In this document: one piece after another, positions 50,610 through 61,316 of the stretch | Layout: every line of letters starts with the position of its first letter | How positions within the stretch are numbered: position 1 is the first letter of the stretch | Assembly (NCBI GenBank): GCA_963706595.1 | Contig: OY970166.1 | Coordinates: forward strand, 1,632,001 to 1,696,000 | Direction: 5' to 3' | Origin: an uncultured cyanobacterium | GTDB taxonomy: Bacteria > Cyanobacteriota > Cyanobacteriia > Cyanobacteriales > Nostocaceae | DNA length: 64,000 bases | Program-made: the position numbers and the translations under genes | Notes under the pieces: generated by a model | Told to the model about the DNA's origin: nothing | What the model saw: the letters and a program-made list of their open reading frames with translations, nothing else | Databases searched by the model: none

Positions 50610-52590
50610 GTGATGACGAACATTCAAGCTGCGCCTGCTTATTTATCTAAGATTACCAAGCGAGAAAGCCAAGAATTACAGCGTATGGCTGACTATACCA
50701 ATGTAGTCTTACTACCAGAAATTTGGCCATTGGCAGCCAAAAAATTTGGTGATATCGTTGCCCTACATAATCCCAATAGTCAACCAGAAGTAAAAATTAC
50801 ATATACCCAGCTAGCAGATCAAATTCAACAATTTGCCGCCGGGTTGCAAGCGTCAGGAGTTAAAGCAGGCGATCGCATTTCTCTAATAGCCGATAATAGT
50901 CCCCGGTGGTTCATTGCCGATCAGGGGATGATGACGGCTGGTGCAGTTAATGCAGTGCGGAGTTCCCAAGCCGAACGGGAAGAACTCCTCTTTATTATCG
51001 CTAATAGTGGCAGCACAACCTTAGTAGTCCAAGATTTAAACACACTAGACAAACTCGGCGACAGGCTCAATGATCTACCCATTCAACTAATCATCTTACT
51101 TTCAGATGAAACGCCACCAGCAGCAGCTACTCCCACAGTGCTGAACTTTTCCCAATTACTAGAAATTGGTAGCAATCATACCCTGAAGCGGGTTCAGCAA
51201 CCAGGTGACACCCTAGCCACGCTGATTTATACTTCTGGGACTACAGGTAAACCCAAAGGTGTAATGCTCTCCCATAACAATTTATTACACCAAGTCAAAA
51301 TCCTGGGTACAGTAGTACAACCACAGCCAGGAGATATCGTTCTCAGTATCCTGCCCTCTTGGCACAGTTATGAACGCAGTGGCGAGTATTTCTTACTTTC
51401 TCAAGGTTGTACGCAAATTTATACTAACTTGCGTTCTGTCAAACAGGATTTGAAGAAATTTAAACCTCATTACATGATCGCAGTTCCGCGCCTGTGGGAA
51501 TCCATTCATGAAGGAGTGCTAAAGCAGTTTCGCGAACAACCAGCCAACAAGCAACGCTTGATTAACTTTTTGCTGGGAATGAGTGAAACTTATATCCAAA
51601 AACAACGCATTGCCCAAGGATTGAGTTTAAATCATCTTCATGCCTCAAGCTTGGAGAAATTCACTGCGAAAATAGTAGCATTGTCCTTGTCGCCCTTTCA
51701 TGCCCTGGGAGAACGCCTAGTTTATGCCAAAGTCCGCGAAGCCGTAGGTGGACGCATGAAGCACGTCATTACCGGTGGTGGGGCATTACCGAGGCACATA
51801 GATAACTTTTTTGAAATTATTGGTGTGGAGATTTTGCAGGGTTACGGTTTAACAGAAACTTCTCCTGTCGCTAACGCCCGTCGTCCTTGGCATAATGTCC
51901 GGGGTTCATCCGGACAGCCAATCGCCGGCACAGAAGTAAAAATTGTAGATCCTGAAACCAAAGTGCCTTTACCTGTGGGTCAACGAGGTTTGGTGCTATT
52001 GAAAGGACCAGCAAGTTATGCAAGGCTATTATCAAAACCCGGAAGCAACGGCTAAGGTAATTGATGCCGAGGGATGGTTTAATAGCGGCGACTTGGGTTG
52101 GGTGACACCAGAAAACGACTTGGTGCTGACTGGTAGGGCAAAAGATACAATTGTCTTGACCAATGGGGAAAATATCGAACCGCAACCAATTGAAGATGCT
52201 TGTTTGCGATCGCCCTACGTGGATCAAATTATGCTAGTAGGACAAGATCAGCGCAGCATCGGGGCTTTGATTGTCCCCAACACCGAAGCCCTAGAAAAAT
52301 GGGCAGCCAGTCAAAATCTACAACTGCCGCTATCAGAAGAAAACTCTTCAGAACTCAGCAAATCTATTGATCTGGAGAGTAAAATGATCCAGGACTTGTT
52401 TCGACAAGAATTGAATCGGGAAGTGCAGAACCGTCCTGGTTATCGACCAGATGATCGTATTGGTCCGTTCAGGCTGATTCTCGAACCCTTTTCTCAGGAA
52501 AATGGCTTGATGACCCAAACCCTGAAAGTTCGGCGGCACGTAGTCGCGGAACGCTATCGCGATATTATTGACGGAATGTATACCCGATAA
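50610..52590 (+). pseudogene. aas: Acyl-ACP synthetase / long-chain acyl-CoA synthetase with a 1-nt frameshift at ~52011
   Basis: YTSGTTGKPKG, QGYGLTETSP, then GGA CCA G CAA GTT ATG; removing one base restores GPQVMQGYY. Confidence 0.85.
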
Positions 52591-52627
52591 ACATTCCACC
52601 TGCTAACTATAGAGTGAACGTGAATTT

Positions 52628-53077
52628 ATGGATGTCTCCAACCCTAACTTGCTGCTGAAGCGCGTTGTTAATGTCAAAGTCATAGTTACTCCCCTGTGGA
52701 AAGAGGAAGTACAACAGCAACTGCAAGCACAAATCAATCAAAATGACCAGCAACTGCAACAGCTCGATGTCGAAGGACAAAGAGCAATTGCAGCCATTCA
52801 AAAGCAGAGTCTACAACCACCAGGACCTCAAACCCTCCAACAAATTGACGGTATCCAAGGCCAAGTCAATCAAAAGAAAACTGAACTGCTAGAGCAAAAA
52901 AATCAATTGCTGCAAAATCTCCAGCAAGTACAGTTTCTAGAATTGGATCAAGAAGTCAATCAATTTCAAATGGAAGGCTTTTTCCGGGTCGAAAAAGGTG
53001 ATAACTTGATTAGTAAAATGCAGGTAGAAATCCTGTTGCGCGATGGCGTTGTCGAAGATATTCGCGGCGACGTTTAA
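52628..53077 (+). CDS. YlqD family protein
   Basis: LKRVVNVKVIVTP, Gln-rich coiled coil, VEKGDNL...EILLRDGVV. Confidence 0.85.
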   Translation: MDVSNPNLLLKRVVNVKVIVTPLWKEEVQQQLQAQINQNDQQLQQLDVEGQRAIAAIQKQSLQPPGPQTLQQIDGIQGQVNQKKTELLEQKNQLLQNLQQVQFLELDQEVNQFQMEGFFRVEKGDNLISKMQVEILLRDGVVEDIRGDV

Positions 53078-53310
53078 CAGTTATCAGTTATCAGTTATCA
53101 GTTATCAGTCAAGAGACATAATTGGGTTTAAGTCCTCTACCTCATGTCTTGTTCACTGATAAATGTTCACTGTATTAGTGGTAGGCGTTGGTGGCGGGTC
53201 TAAATCTCCCACCATCCGCCTTGATCACTGATAACTGTTCACTGTTGACTGATTGAAATCTCCCACCATCCGCCTTGATCACTGATAACTGCTCACTGTT
53301 CACTGATTGA
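53078..53310. repeat. STRR (CAGTTAT)n plus duplicated TCACTGATAACTG units
   Basis: Tandem heptamers 53078-53108; ~55-bp duplication AAATCTCCCACCATCCGCCTTGATCACTGATAACTG. Confidence 0.8.
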
Positions 53311-53387
53311 CAACTCCTCAGCCAAGATACAATTTAATTTAGCAAAAGCTGTTAAAGTCCATAAACCATTGAATCTGATACCACTTT

Positions 53388-54665
53388 ATGAGCATTCACG
53401 AAGTATTTATGCCGGCGCTGAGTTCCACCATGACCGAAGGAAAAATCGTTTCCTGGGTGAAATCGCCGGGCGATAAAGTGGAAAAAGGCGAAACCGTGGT
53501 GGTGGTGGAGTCAGATAAGGCAGATATGGATGTGGAAACCTTCTATGAAGGATATCTTGCCCATATCATAGTCCAAGCTGGTGATAGCGCACCTGTAGGA
53601 TCGGCGATCGCCTACGTAGTCGAAACAGAAGCCGAAATCGCCACCGCCAAGAATTTGGCTAACTCCGGGTCAGCTGCAACCACCCCAACCTCCACCCCCG
53701 AACCAGTTGCAGCCACAGCCTCAGTGGGAACACCTGCCTTGGCTACTCAAAACGGAAACAACCACCGAGAAGGAAGAGTTGTAGTTTCACCCCGCGCCCG
53801 CAAATTGGCTAAAGAACTCAAAGTTGATTTAACTACCCTCCAAGGTAGTGGCCCCTATGGTCGCATCGTCGCCGAAGATGTCGAATCATCTGTGAATAAA
53901 AGCCAGCCCGCCGCCGCCGCACCAAAACCCACCTACACCCCAGCACCTGCACCCGCACCTGCACCCGCACCCGCACCCGTACCAGTGGTTCCTGGTCAAA
54001 CAGTGCCTCTAACTACCTTCCAAAATGCTGTAGTGCGGAACATGGTAGCTAGTCTATCTGTGCCAGAGTTCCGTGTAAGTTACACAATTAGCACCGATGG
54101 CTTAGATAAACTTTACAAACAAATTAAATCCAAAGGCGTAACCATGACAGCGCTATTGGCCAAAGCCGTAGCGGTGACATTACAAAAACATCCATTATTA
54201 AATGCCAGCTATTCAGACCAGGGAATTGTTTATCATTCTGGTATCAATATTGCCGTAGCCGTAGCAATGGATGATGGCGGATTAATCACACCAGTGTTGC
54301 AAAAAGCAGACTTGGTAGATATTTATTCACTTTCCCGCACCTGGAAATCTTTGGTAGAGAAAGCTAAAGCCAAACAACTACAACCCGAAGAATACAACAG
54401 TGGGACATTTACCCTGTCTAACTTGGGAATGTTTGGCGTAGACACATTTGATGCCATATTACCCCCCGGTCAAGGCTCAATTTTAGCCATTGGTGCATCC
54501 CGTCCCCAAGTGGTAGCCACAGGCGACGGTTTATTTGGAGTCCGTCAACAAATGCAAGTCAACATCACTTGTGACCACCGAATTATTTACGGTGCTGACG
54601 CTGCGGCCTTCCTCAAAGACCTAGCACAACTGATTTCAAGCAACCCTCAATCCCTAACCATGTAG
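53388..54665 (+). CDS. pdhC: Pyruvate dehydrogenase E2, dihydrolipoamide acetyltransferase
   Basis: Lipoyl ESDKA, PA-rich linker, DHRIIYG catalytic motif. Confidence 0.95.
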   Translation: MSIHEVFMPALSSTMTEGKIVSWVKSPGDKVEKGETVVVVESDKADMDVETFYEGYLAHIIVQAGDSAPVGSAIAYVVETEAEIATAKNLANSGSAATTPTSTPEPVAATASVGTPALATQNGNNHREGRVVVSPRARKLAKELKVDLTTLQGSGPYGRIVAEDVESSVNKSQPAAAAPKPTYTPAPAPAPAPAPAPVPVVPGQTVPLTTFQNAVVRNMVASLSVPEFRVSYTISTDGLDKLYKQIKSKGVTMTALLAKAVAVTLQKHPLLNASYSDQGIVYHSGINIAVAVAMDDGGLITPVLQKADLVDIYSLSRTWKSLVEKAKAKQLQPEEYNSGTFTLSNLGMFGVDTFDAILPPGQGSILAIGASRPQVVATGDGLFGVRQQMQVNITCDHRIIYGADAAAFLKDLAQLISSNPQSLTM

Positions 54666-54764
54666 AGACGTTCCCAAAAATGTAGAGACGTGACATATCA
54701 CGTCTCTACAAAGGTTATATATTTCTCAGCGTACCTTTGCGCTAACCTCCGCGCACCTCTGCGT

Positions 54765-55946
54765 TTAACCCTTCACACAAACAACCTGTTTCAAAGTAGC
54801 GACAACCTCCACCAAATCAGCTTGATTAGCCATCACCTGATCTATGGATTTATAAGCCCCAGGAATTTCATCCAAAACGCCAGTATCCTTGCGGCATTCT
54901 ACACCCTTTGTTTGCTCAATCAAATCATCAAGCGTATAGGTATTTTTGGCCTTACTTCTAGACATTAACCGCCCTGCCCCATGAGCGCAAGAACAAAAAC
55001 TGTGAGCATTACCTTTACCCTTAATAATAAAAGATTTTGCTCCCATTGAACCAGGGATAATACCATAATCTTCAGTTTGGGCGCGAACTGCACCCTTGCG
55101 AGTCACATATACATCCTCGTCAAAATGCACCTCTTTTTCAGCGTAATTGTGATGACAATTCACCTGTAATAAAGGTTTGGTCGCCTTTCCGCCGGCTAGA
55201 TACTTCTCAATAATGTGCTTAAAACGCGCCATCATCACATCACGGTTAAAACGTGCGTAGTCTTGCGCCCACTGTAAATCGTGCCAGTATGCTTGAAATT
55301 CTGGCGTACCAGCGATGAAGTAGGATAAATCAGGGTCAGGTAATTTATTCCCCGCCATTTTCATTAATTCTTTGGCTGTACTAATATGGCACTGTGCTAG
55401 CTGATTTCCAATGTTACGTGAACCAGAATGCAACATTAACCAAACTTGGTTTTCTGTATCGAGGCAAACTTCGATAAAATGATTACCTCCCCCCAGAGAA
55501 CCCATTTGTTTCATCGCTTTGCTTTCCAGGTCTTGTACACCTGGATGTAAGTCGGAGAAATCACGCCACCGTTGCCAATTAGCCGCAGATTTTTCTACAT
55601 CTTTATTAGCATTAAACCCTGTAGGAATTGCTGCTTCAATATCTAAGCGAATTTTCTTGAGTTTGCCTTCGAGTTGATCAGCAGTAAATGGCATTTTAAT
55701 AGCGCTCATCCCGCAACCCAGGTCCACGCCCACAGCCGCCGGAATAATTGCTTCTTTGGTGGCGATAACAGAACCTACTAAAGCACCTTTTCCTAAGTGA
55801 ACATCTGGCATCAAAGCTACGTGCTTAAACACAAATGGTAGGGATGCCACATTTTTTGCCATCTTGGTTTCATCAGACCCTAAAGGATGATTTGCCCAAG
55901 ATAAAACAGGGGATGGTGTAGTAATTTCTAATTTTTCGTAAGGCAT
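54765..55946 (-). CDS. rtcB: RNA 3'-phosphate/5'-OH ligase
   Basis: MPDVHLG, VGVDLGCG, GGGNHF, HSGSR, HHN, IPGSMG, HGAGR. Confidence 0.93.
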   Translation of the reverse strand: MPYEKLEITTPSPVLSWANHPLGSDETKMAKNVASLPFVFKHVALMPDVHLGKGALVGSVIATKEAIIPAAVGVDLGCGMSAIKMPFTADQLEGKLKKIRLDIEAAIPTGFNANKDVEKSAANWQRWRDFSDLHPGVQDLESKAMKQMGSLGGGNHFIEVCLDTENQVWLMLHSGSRNIGNQLAQCHISTAKELMKMAGNKLPDPDLSYFIAGTPEFQAYWHDLQWAQDYARFNRDVMMARFKHIIEKYLAGGKATKPLLQVNCHHNYAEKEVHFDEDVYVTRKGAVRAQTEDYGIIPGSMGAKSFIIKGKGNAHSFCSCAHGAGRLMSRSKAKNTYTLDDLIEQTKGVECRKDTGVLDEIPGAYKSIDQVMANQADLVEVVATLKQVVCVKG

Positions 55947-56164
55947 AATTTTATTTAATTTGATATATCGCTGGGTTCAGAATCCCCGACTTCTTTGAGA
56001 AGTCGGGGATTCTATACTTTGAAATAACTTATGTATTATTAATGTAATACAATGTAATTTAGATGTCAATAAAATCGCCTAAAAAACAAAAGCAGCACGT
56101 CTCAGCCAAAGTTAGTTAAAATTTGTGAAGAATTAAACTAACCCATCAAATCTGGTTAAATCCT

Positions 56165-57082
56165 ATGGCTACGCGTCAAGATACCATCTGGGAAAAATTT
56201 CTCTCCCCTGTAGTGCGGACGTTTATTGATGAAGAGGCTTTGCGCCGTTACTCTGATAGTATTGACTGGGAGCAAGAGAGCGATCGCCTGCGACAAACGG
56301 ATGTGATAATGCCCTCATACTACAGCCAGCAAAACTTTCATGGCATTGAAGGCGGATATCTCAACTCCAGTGCAGCAGTTTCCTATGATCCTATTACTCA
56401 ATACGTTTTACCACCCAACGAAACCGTAGTTCGTCAAGCCTTAATCGATGGGATTAAAGTCAAACCGCGACGGATACTGGATTTAGGCTGCGGTACAGGT
56501 TCCACAACCTTGAAGTTAAAACAGGCTTTTCCTCAAGCTGAAGTTATCGGTTTAGATTTATCTCCTTATATGCTGGTGAGGGCAGAAGATAAAGCCAGAA
56601 ATGCCGGGTTAGAGATACACTGGCGACATGGTAATGCGGAAACTACCAATTTTCCAGAGGCGCATTTTGATTTAGTAACAGCATCCTTGTTATTTCATGA
56701 AACACCAAGTCTAGTCTGTCAAGCCATACTGCGGGAAAGCTTCCGGTTGTTGGTAACTGGTGGGCAAGTATTAATCCTCGATGGTAATCAGAATACCTTA
56801 CGTCAGTTACATTGGCTGAATGATGTTTTTGAAGAGCCATATATTCGTGAGTATGCGGCTGATAATTTAGACGCACGCATGGGCGCTGCTGGGTTTGAAG
56901 CGGTGCGAACTCAGGATGTGTGGTGGATAAATCAGGTAACAAGCGGGATTAAACCGATTTCTGTCACAGATGCAAATATGCAAAATCAAACCCGTCAGCA
57001 CATATCCACACCAACAGACACCACAATGGATAATAATGATTTGCAGGACTTTGGATCTCCAGTGTTTGGCATAACAACATGA
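56165..57082 (+). CDS. Class I SAM-dependent methyltransferase
   Basis: ILDLGCGTG, GLDLSPYM, LFHE. Confidence 0.88.
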   Translation: MATRQDTIWEKFLSPVVRTFIDEEALRRYSDSIDWEQESDRLRQTDVIMPSYYSQQNFHGIEGGYLNSSAAVSYDPITQYVLPPNETVVRQALIDGIKVKPRRILDLGCGTGSTTLKLKQAFPQAEVIGLDLSPYMLVRAEDKARNAGLEIHWRHGNAETTNFPEAHFDLVTASLLFHETPSLVCQAILRESFRLLVTGGQVLILDGNQNTLRQLHWLNDVFEEPYIREYAADNLDARMGAAGFEAVRTQDVWWINQVTSGIKPISVTDANMQNQTRQHISTPTDTTMDNNDLQDFGSPVFGITT

Positions 57083-57831
57083 GTTTAAAGGCAGTTTTAT
57101 TTGATTTTAATGGTGTGATTATTAACGATGAGCGCATCCATTTACAATTAATAGACGAGATTCTGATTTCAGAAAATCTGCAACCTCAAAAGGTGAGTGA
57201 GCGTCAGGCTTCTCTGGGACGTAGCGATCGCGCTTGTTTGCAAGAGTTGCTCAAAAATCGTGGTAGAGTGGACAATGAAGAATATGTGACTAAACTACTG
57301 CACCGCAAAGCTCAAGCTTATGTGCAGCAACTAGATAAAATTGCAAAACTGCCATTGTATCCAGGTGTAGAAGACTTAATATATCAGGTGCGATCGCGCA
57401 ATGTGTCCCCAGATGATCCGCGTAGTCTAAAACTAGGGTTAGTGAGTGGCGCGATTCGCCCAGAAATAAAACTGGTACTGGAACGCGCTAAACTGGCAGA
57501 ATATTTTGCAGTCATTGTTGCGGGGGATGACATTGCTACCAGTAAACCTCAACCCGATGGTTATCTACTGGCTGTAGAACGTCTCAACCAAGAATATCCT
57601 GATTTGGATTTAAAACCCCAAGAATGTCTAGCCATTGAAGATACTCCAGCCGGGATTGCCGCAGCGAGACAAGCGCAAATGCAGGTAGTTGGTGTAGCTA
57701 ATACCTACCCATTTCATATGCTTCAGCGCTGCTGTAACTGGACTGTGGATTATCTCAATGAGTTAGAATTAGAACGAGTACAGGAAGTTTATTCACAAAA
57801 AGATGTGAAAATTACTGCGCCTGAGTGTTAA
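57079..57831 (+). CDS. HAD-family phosphatase
   Basis: FDFNGV, SKPQP, IEDT motifs. Confidence 0.88.
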   Translation: MSLKAVLFDFNGVIINDERIHLQLIDEILISENLQPQKVSERQASLGRSDRACLQELLKNRGRVDNEEYVTKLLHRKAQAYVQQLDKIAKLPLYPGVEDLIYQVRSRNVSPDDPRSLKLGLVSGAIRPEIKLVLERAKLAEYFAVIVAGDDIATSKPQPDGYLLAVERLNQEYPDLDLKPQECLAIEDTPAGIAAARQAQMQVVGVANTYPFHMLQRCCNWTVDYLNELELERVQEVYSQKDVKITAPEC

Positions 57832-57873
57832 TATATGATATGTCTGTCAGAGTTATTGACTCTGCATTCATCC

Positions 57874-57946
57874 GGGGAATTAGCTCAGTTGGTAGAGTGC
57901 TGCGATCGCACCGCAGAGGTCAGGGGTTCGAGTCTCCTATTCTCCA
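57874..57946 (+). tRNA. tRNA-Ala (anticodon CGC)
   Basis: GGGGAAT acceptor / ATTCTCC, D-arm AGCTCAGTTGGTAGAGT, anticodon stem CTGCG/CGCAG, GGTTCGAGT T-loop. Confidence 0.95.
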
Positions 57947-58019
57947 TTTGTTTTCATAGCTGGATACCCTTAAACTTGTCCTAGACTGTCCCAAGTGTGT
58001 CCTAACCTTAAGCCATTTA

Positions 58020-58181
58020 CTAGCTATGTGCAAGGGGTTCTGAAGTTATCCGAGTGACCACATATTCGTTAAAGCTAATCACTTTGCCTAGTAGCTGACA
58101 ATATTCCAGATGCTTCTGTTTAGCCAGTTCTAGGTCTTCAGGGCTTATCCTGACTGAGTATTGCTTAACCTTAGTCGTCAT
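58020..58181 (-). CDS. 53-aa putative ribbon-helix-helix protein missing from the ORF track
   Basis: MTTKVKQYSVRISPEDLELAKQ...ISFNEYVV; TGTACC direct repeats just upstream. Confidence 0.5.
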   Translation of the reverse strand: MTTKVKQYSVRISPEDLELAKQKHLEYCQLLGKVISFNEYVVTRITSEPLAHS

Positions 58182-59169
58182 TGGATATGCTTGGCTGTCT
58201 GTACCTCTATAGTGTACCTCACTGTACCCTAGTATGCCTATCGTAGTCCTAAAGAATCTTTTGGTAGTCCAAAGCGTCAGTAGGGGTGGTTGGCAAGAAC
58301 ACCTGTCCCATCTGCTTTATCATTTCTCTATAAAAAGACAATAGCAGCCGGGACAGCCGGGGAAACCTTCAGGCGTACTAAGCAGCAAGTAACCCCCAGT
58401 TACCCTTGGTATCCCCAGATTGACTAAATCTTTATATAGCTATGTGGTTATAAAAAAACTTTTATCTCTGTGTGTTTTTTCGGTTGTAGTATTTGCCCGG
58501 TGGTTGGTTGCCACTGGGTTTTTTATTGCCCTTGGGTGTACACCCAATGCAGCCCCCGTGTCTTACGGCTTTTATAGGACGACATCCTGAATGGCTGAAA
58601 TAGTTACCCAGGCTAGTTTGTACAAGCGTGAAGGGTGTAAAAAAAAGTCTGCTCGGTAGACATGGATGCGCGATTCAGTGCAGTTTATTTGTTAAAGGTG
58701 AACCTGAAAACGATGCTGAAAAAGGTTGTGAAAACCTAGCACAAATAAGTGTTGAAAAAGTAATATGAGGGGTCACAACCCCAAAACTATCTTGTTATAT
58801 TACTTAATATAAACATCTTTAAGCTATGTATTTTTTTATGCAGTTTTTAGGGTATATACAAGCTGGCATAAGGCTTTTAGTGAAAGTTGACATCATTGCC
58901 CTTTTTCATGATTTAGTGTAAAAGTATATACTAGCAAGAATAAACTTTAGTAACATTACGGTTTTGATATAGAAGAAGAATAGTTTACTATTACTAAATA
59001 ATAGGATAAAAGTATTTTCTTGACATTTAAATAAAAATCATATTAGGATGCTAATAACAAACCTCCGTTCTAGGTTGAACAGAGGTTTTTTGGCTGTCCT
59101 AAAAGCTGTCTGTTTTCCACGACCTACAACTTGAAGGGCTATTCATTTATAGAGGTTAAAAATAAACCG

Positions 59170-59430
59170 ATGTCGAACATCAGTTGGCTCCAGCTTATCA
59201 AAAAGTATGGAGCCTTTGCAACCGTAGCTGCACTAGTATTTTTTGCTTTTGAAGTAATCAATAGCGAGTGCGGCGGTGTGGTTCACGTTAAACTGTCTGA
59301 TTCTGTCAAAGAGGTTTTAATGGACAAGAGAAACTGCAAAGTCCCGACTGTTGCAGATACTCCAGGGAAACCATTAGCCCTTGATCACACCAACGATAGC
59401 ACAGAAAATGATCAGCCACAGGTTGACTAA
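59170..59430 (+). CDS. Small single-TM hypothetical protein
   Basis: ATG at 59170, hydrophobic segment, two Cys; flanked by hairpin+T-run structures. Confidence 0.5.
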   Translation: MSNISWLQLIKKYGAFATVAALVFFAFEVINSECGGVVHVKLSDSVKEVLMDKRNCKVPTVADTPGKPLALDHTNDSTENDQPQVD

Positions 59431-59477
59431 CTGTAGTCATAGGCAGTCCTCCTAGCTGCTGATTTAGCCAGAAGTAA

Positions 59478-59514
59478 ATCCCCGGAGCCGTTGAGGTTCT
59501 AGGGGTTTTTTGTT
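59478..59514 (+). terminator. Probable intrinsic terminator
   Basis: CCCCGGAGCC-loop-GGTTCTAGGGG followed by TTTTTT. Confidence 0.55.
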
Positions 59515-59606
59515 GGAACCATCGGCGATAAAAACCCTCAGATGTGCTTAGTTGCCACTGGGGTTATACCATAACTATTAGTTATCAGCGTTAAATATCC
59601 TGTTTA

Positions 59607-60209
59607 TTATGAGCCTAAATTATTAATTAATTCTTCTAATGCTAAATTCTTTGTATCTTCAGGTAGATAATCAAAGACTTTCTTCAAAAGTTCTGGAGAA
59701 GCATTTTGAACAAACCAGTCTTCACTAGGATTATCTTGAATATTAAAAAAATACTTTAATCGTTTTTCTATAGCTTCTCTATCTGCTTTATCTAATTGTC
59801 CAATTCGATTTAACCAATTTTCTGATGAATCTTTAAAGCAATTAGCATCAACAGTACATATTTGATGAATTAAAGCATAAGAATTTTTATCAAGACTATT
59901 TCTACTTGTAGAGTTAATTGGATATGTGGTTGGTAAACCATTAAATGTTGTTTTTGAAGTCAGAGGAATCACAGAAAAAGTTGCTCTATATCCAAACTCA
60001 TCTTGAAATTGATCACTTGTCCAGATTATGTAAGGATGTTTTCCTCTAAAAACCCTGCTTGAATTAATATCTTCACTACAAGTTTGACATTCTACTTCAC
60101 CTGGCTCATCTAAATTATAAATATGAACATGACCCAGTTTACAACGAAGAGATACCCTATAGGGATTAATCCAATAAATCCAACCCTGTTTAGGTCTTTG
60201 TCCAGCCAC
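59607..60209 (-). CDS. PemK/MazF-family toxin with a Cys/His insertion
   Basis: PKQGWIYWI, GKHPYII, VIPLTS, SYALIHQICTVD, RIGQL; GTG start 1 nt after the antitoxin stop. Confidence 0.8.
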   Translation of the reverse strand: MAGQRPKQGWIYWINPYRVSLRCKLGHVHIYNLDEPGEVECQTCSEDINSSRVFRGKHPYIIWTSDQFQDEFGYRATFSVIPLTSKTTFNGLPTTYPINSTSRNSLDKNSYALIHQICTVDANCFKDSSENWLNRIGQLDKADREAIEKRLKYFFNIQDNPSEDWFVQNASPELLKKVFDYLPEDTKNLALEELINNLGS

Positions 60210-60210
60210 T

Positions 60211-60690
60211 TTACAACCCTAATTCACTAACTAATTTTTCTCTTTCTGCCTGTAAATTAAGTTTAACTTTTTCTTCTGGGCGATGGTTATTTTTTGCTTC
60301 TAGCATTGGAGCAGTGTTATATACATACTCTAATAACTGATTCAGTTTATCTGAACCAGCCCACTCTCTGCGAATATTATCCAGCACAAACTTAATACTG
60401 AGAGGTATGTCTAAATCATCTGCCTGAGCAGCTTGATTCACAGGTTTAATATATGTTGCATTATACTGAGATTCTTGAATAATCTCTTTCCCATTCATTT
60501 GATTTAAAGCAGCATCTATACTCTCATTCCAGGGTCCAAATTGATAATAACGCCAATCTAGATCAGTCAGTTGCTTTCCTGTCCACTTAACAGAGTAAAG
60601 ATCAGCTAAATACAAAAACTTAATCAGCTGTGTTTTTGTAATATACCCTTTTGTCGCGTAGACAAAATATTTTATGAGTTTATCCAACAT
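60211..60690 (-). CDS. Panacea (DUF4065/SocA-like) antitoxin
   Basis: TQLIKFLYLAD...W..YQFGP motif. Confidence 0.8.
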   Translation of the reverse strand: MLDKLIKYFVYATKGYITKTQLIKFLYLADLYSVKWTGKQLTDLDWRYYQFGPWNESIDAALNQMNGKEIIQESQYNATYIKPVNQAAQADDLDIPLSIKFVLDNIRREWAGSDKLNQLLEYVYNTAPMLEAKNNHRPEEKVKLNLQAEREKLVSELGL

Positions 60691-61316
60691 AACCCTTCTC
60701 TCCTGTTTACCATAAGATGCTCTAAGTAATTTACTGTATAAATATAAATAATCATTCTTTGAAAAACCCTCAATAGAGTTTTTATCAGTTTAGATCGCTT
60801 AATTATAATTCTTTTTTATCCAATCCCTAACGCTTTTTGGACTATTTGCGCTGGCAAGTAGTTCTTATATACTAGAATAGCAATCTTATGCGTTACCTTC
60901 AACTGCCATTCAATCTTGTGACAAGGAGATTCAACATATAGCGGTTATCAATACAAGAACCCCACCCCCTCCCCGCAAGCGAGGAGGGGGCTATGATGTA
61001 CTTCATTGAAGTGCATACCGCTCCGCACACAACCGAATTGGTTCAAGGTTCATTCCCACCCCAGCAGGTCGTAACATTTATTGCAACGTATCAGCATCAA
61101 CTCCCACAACCTTAGCCAAAGCCTCCAACTGTTGGCGAGACGGTGGGGGATTAAATGAAACTTTTTCCATCTGGCGATCGCTCCGCCCGCCGTAGGCGAT
61201 CGCACCCCCAACCCCAGTAGCTATAATTGGCGAGAAATACTGTACCGACCAACAAAGAAAGCTAAAAGCATAGAAATTAGCGCAAAATAGATATGTAGAC
61301 TGTTGTTTGTTCAACC

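Noticed and set aside
53150..53310. Repeated TCACTGATAACTG units resembling a CRISPR array
   Set aside because: The intervening sequences are duplicated rather than unique, the repeats are STRR-derived, and there are no cas genes
54765..60209. Functional link between RtcB and the nearby MazF toxin or tRNA
   Set aside because: Separated by unrelated core genes; only proximity supports it
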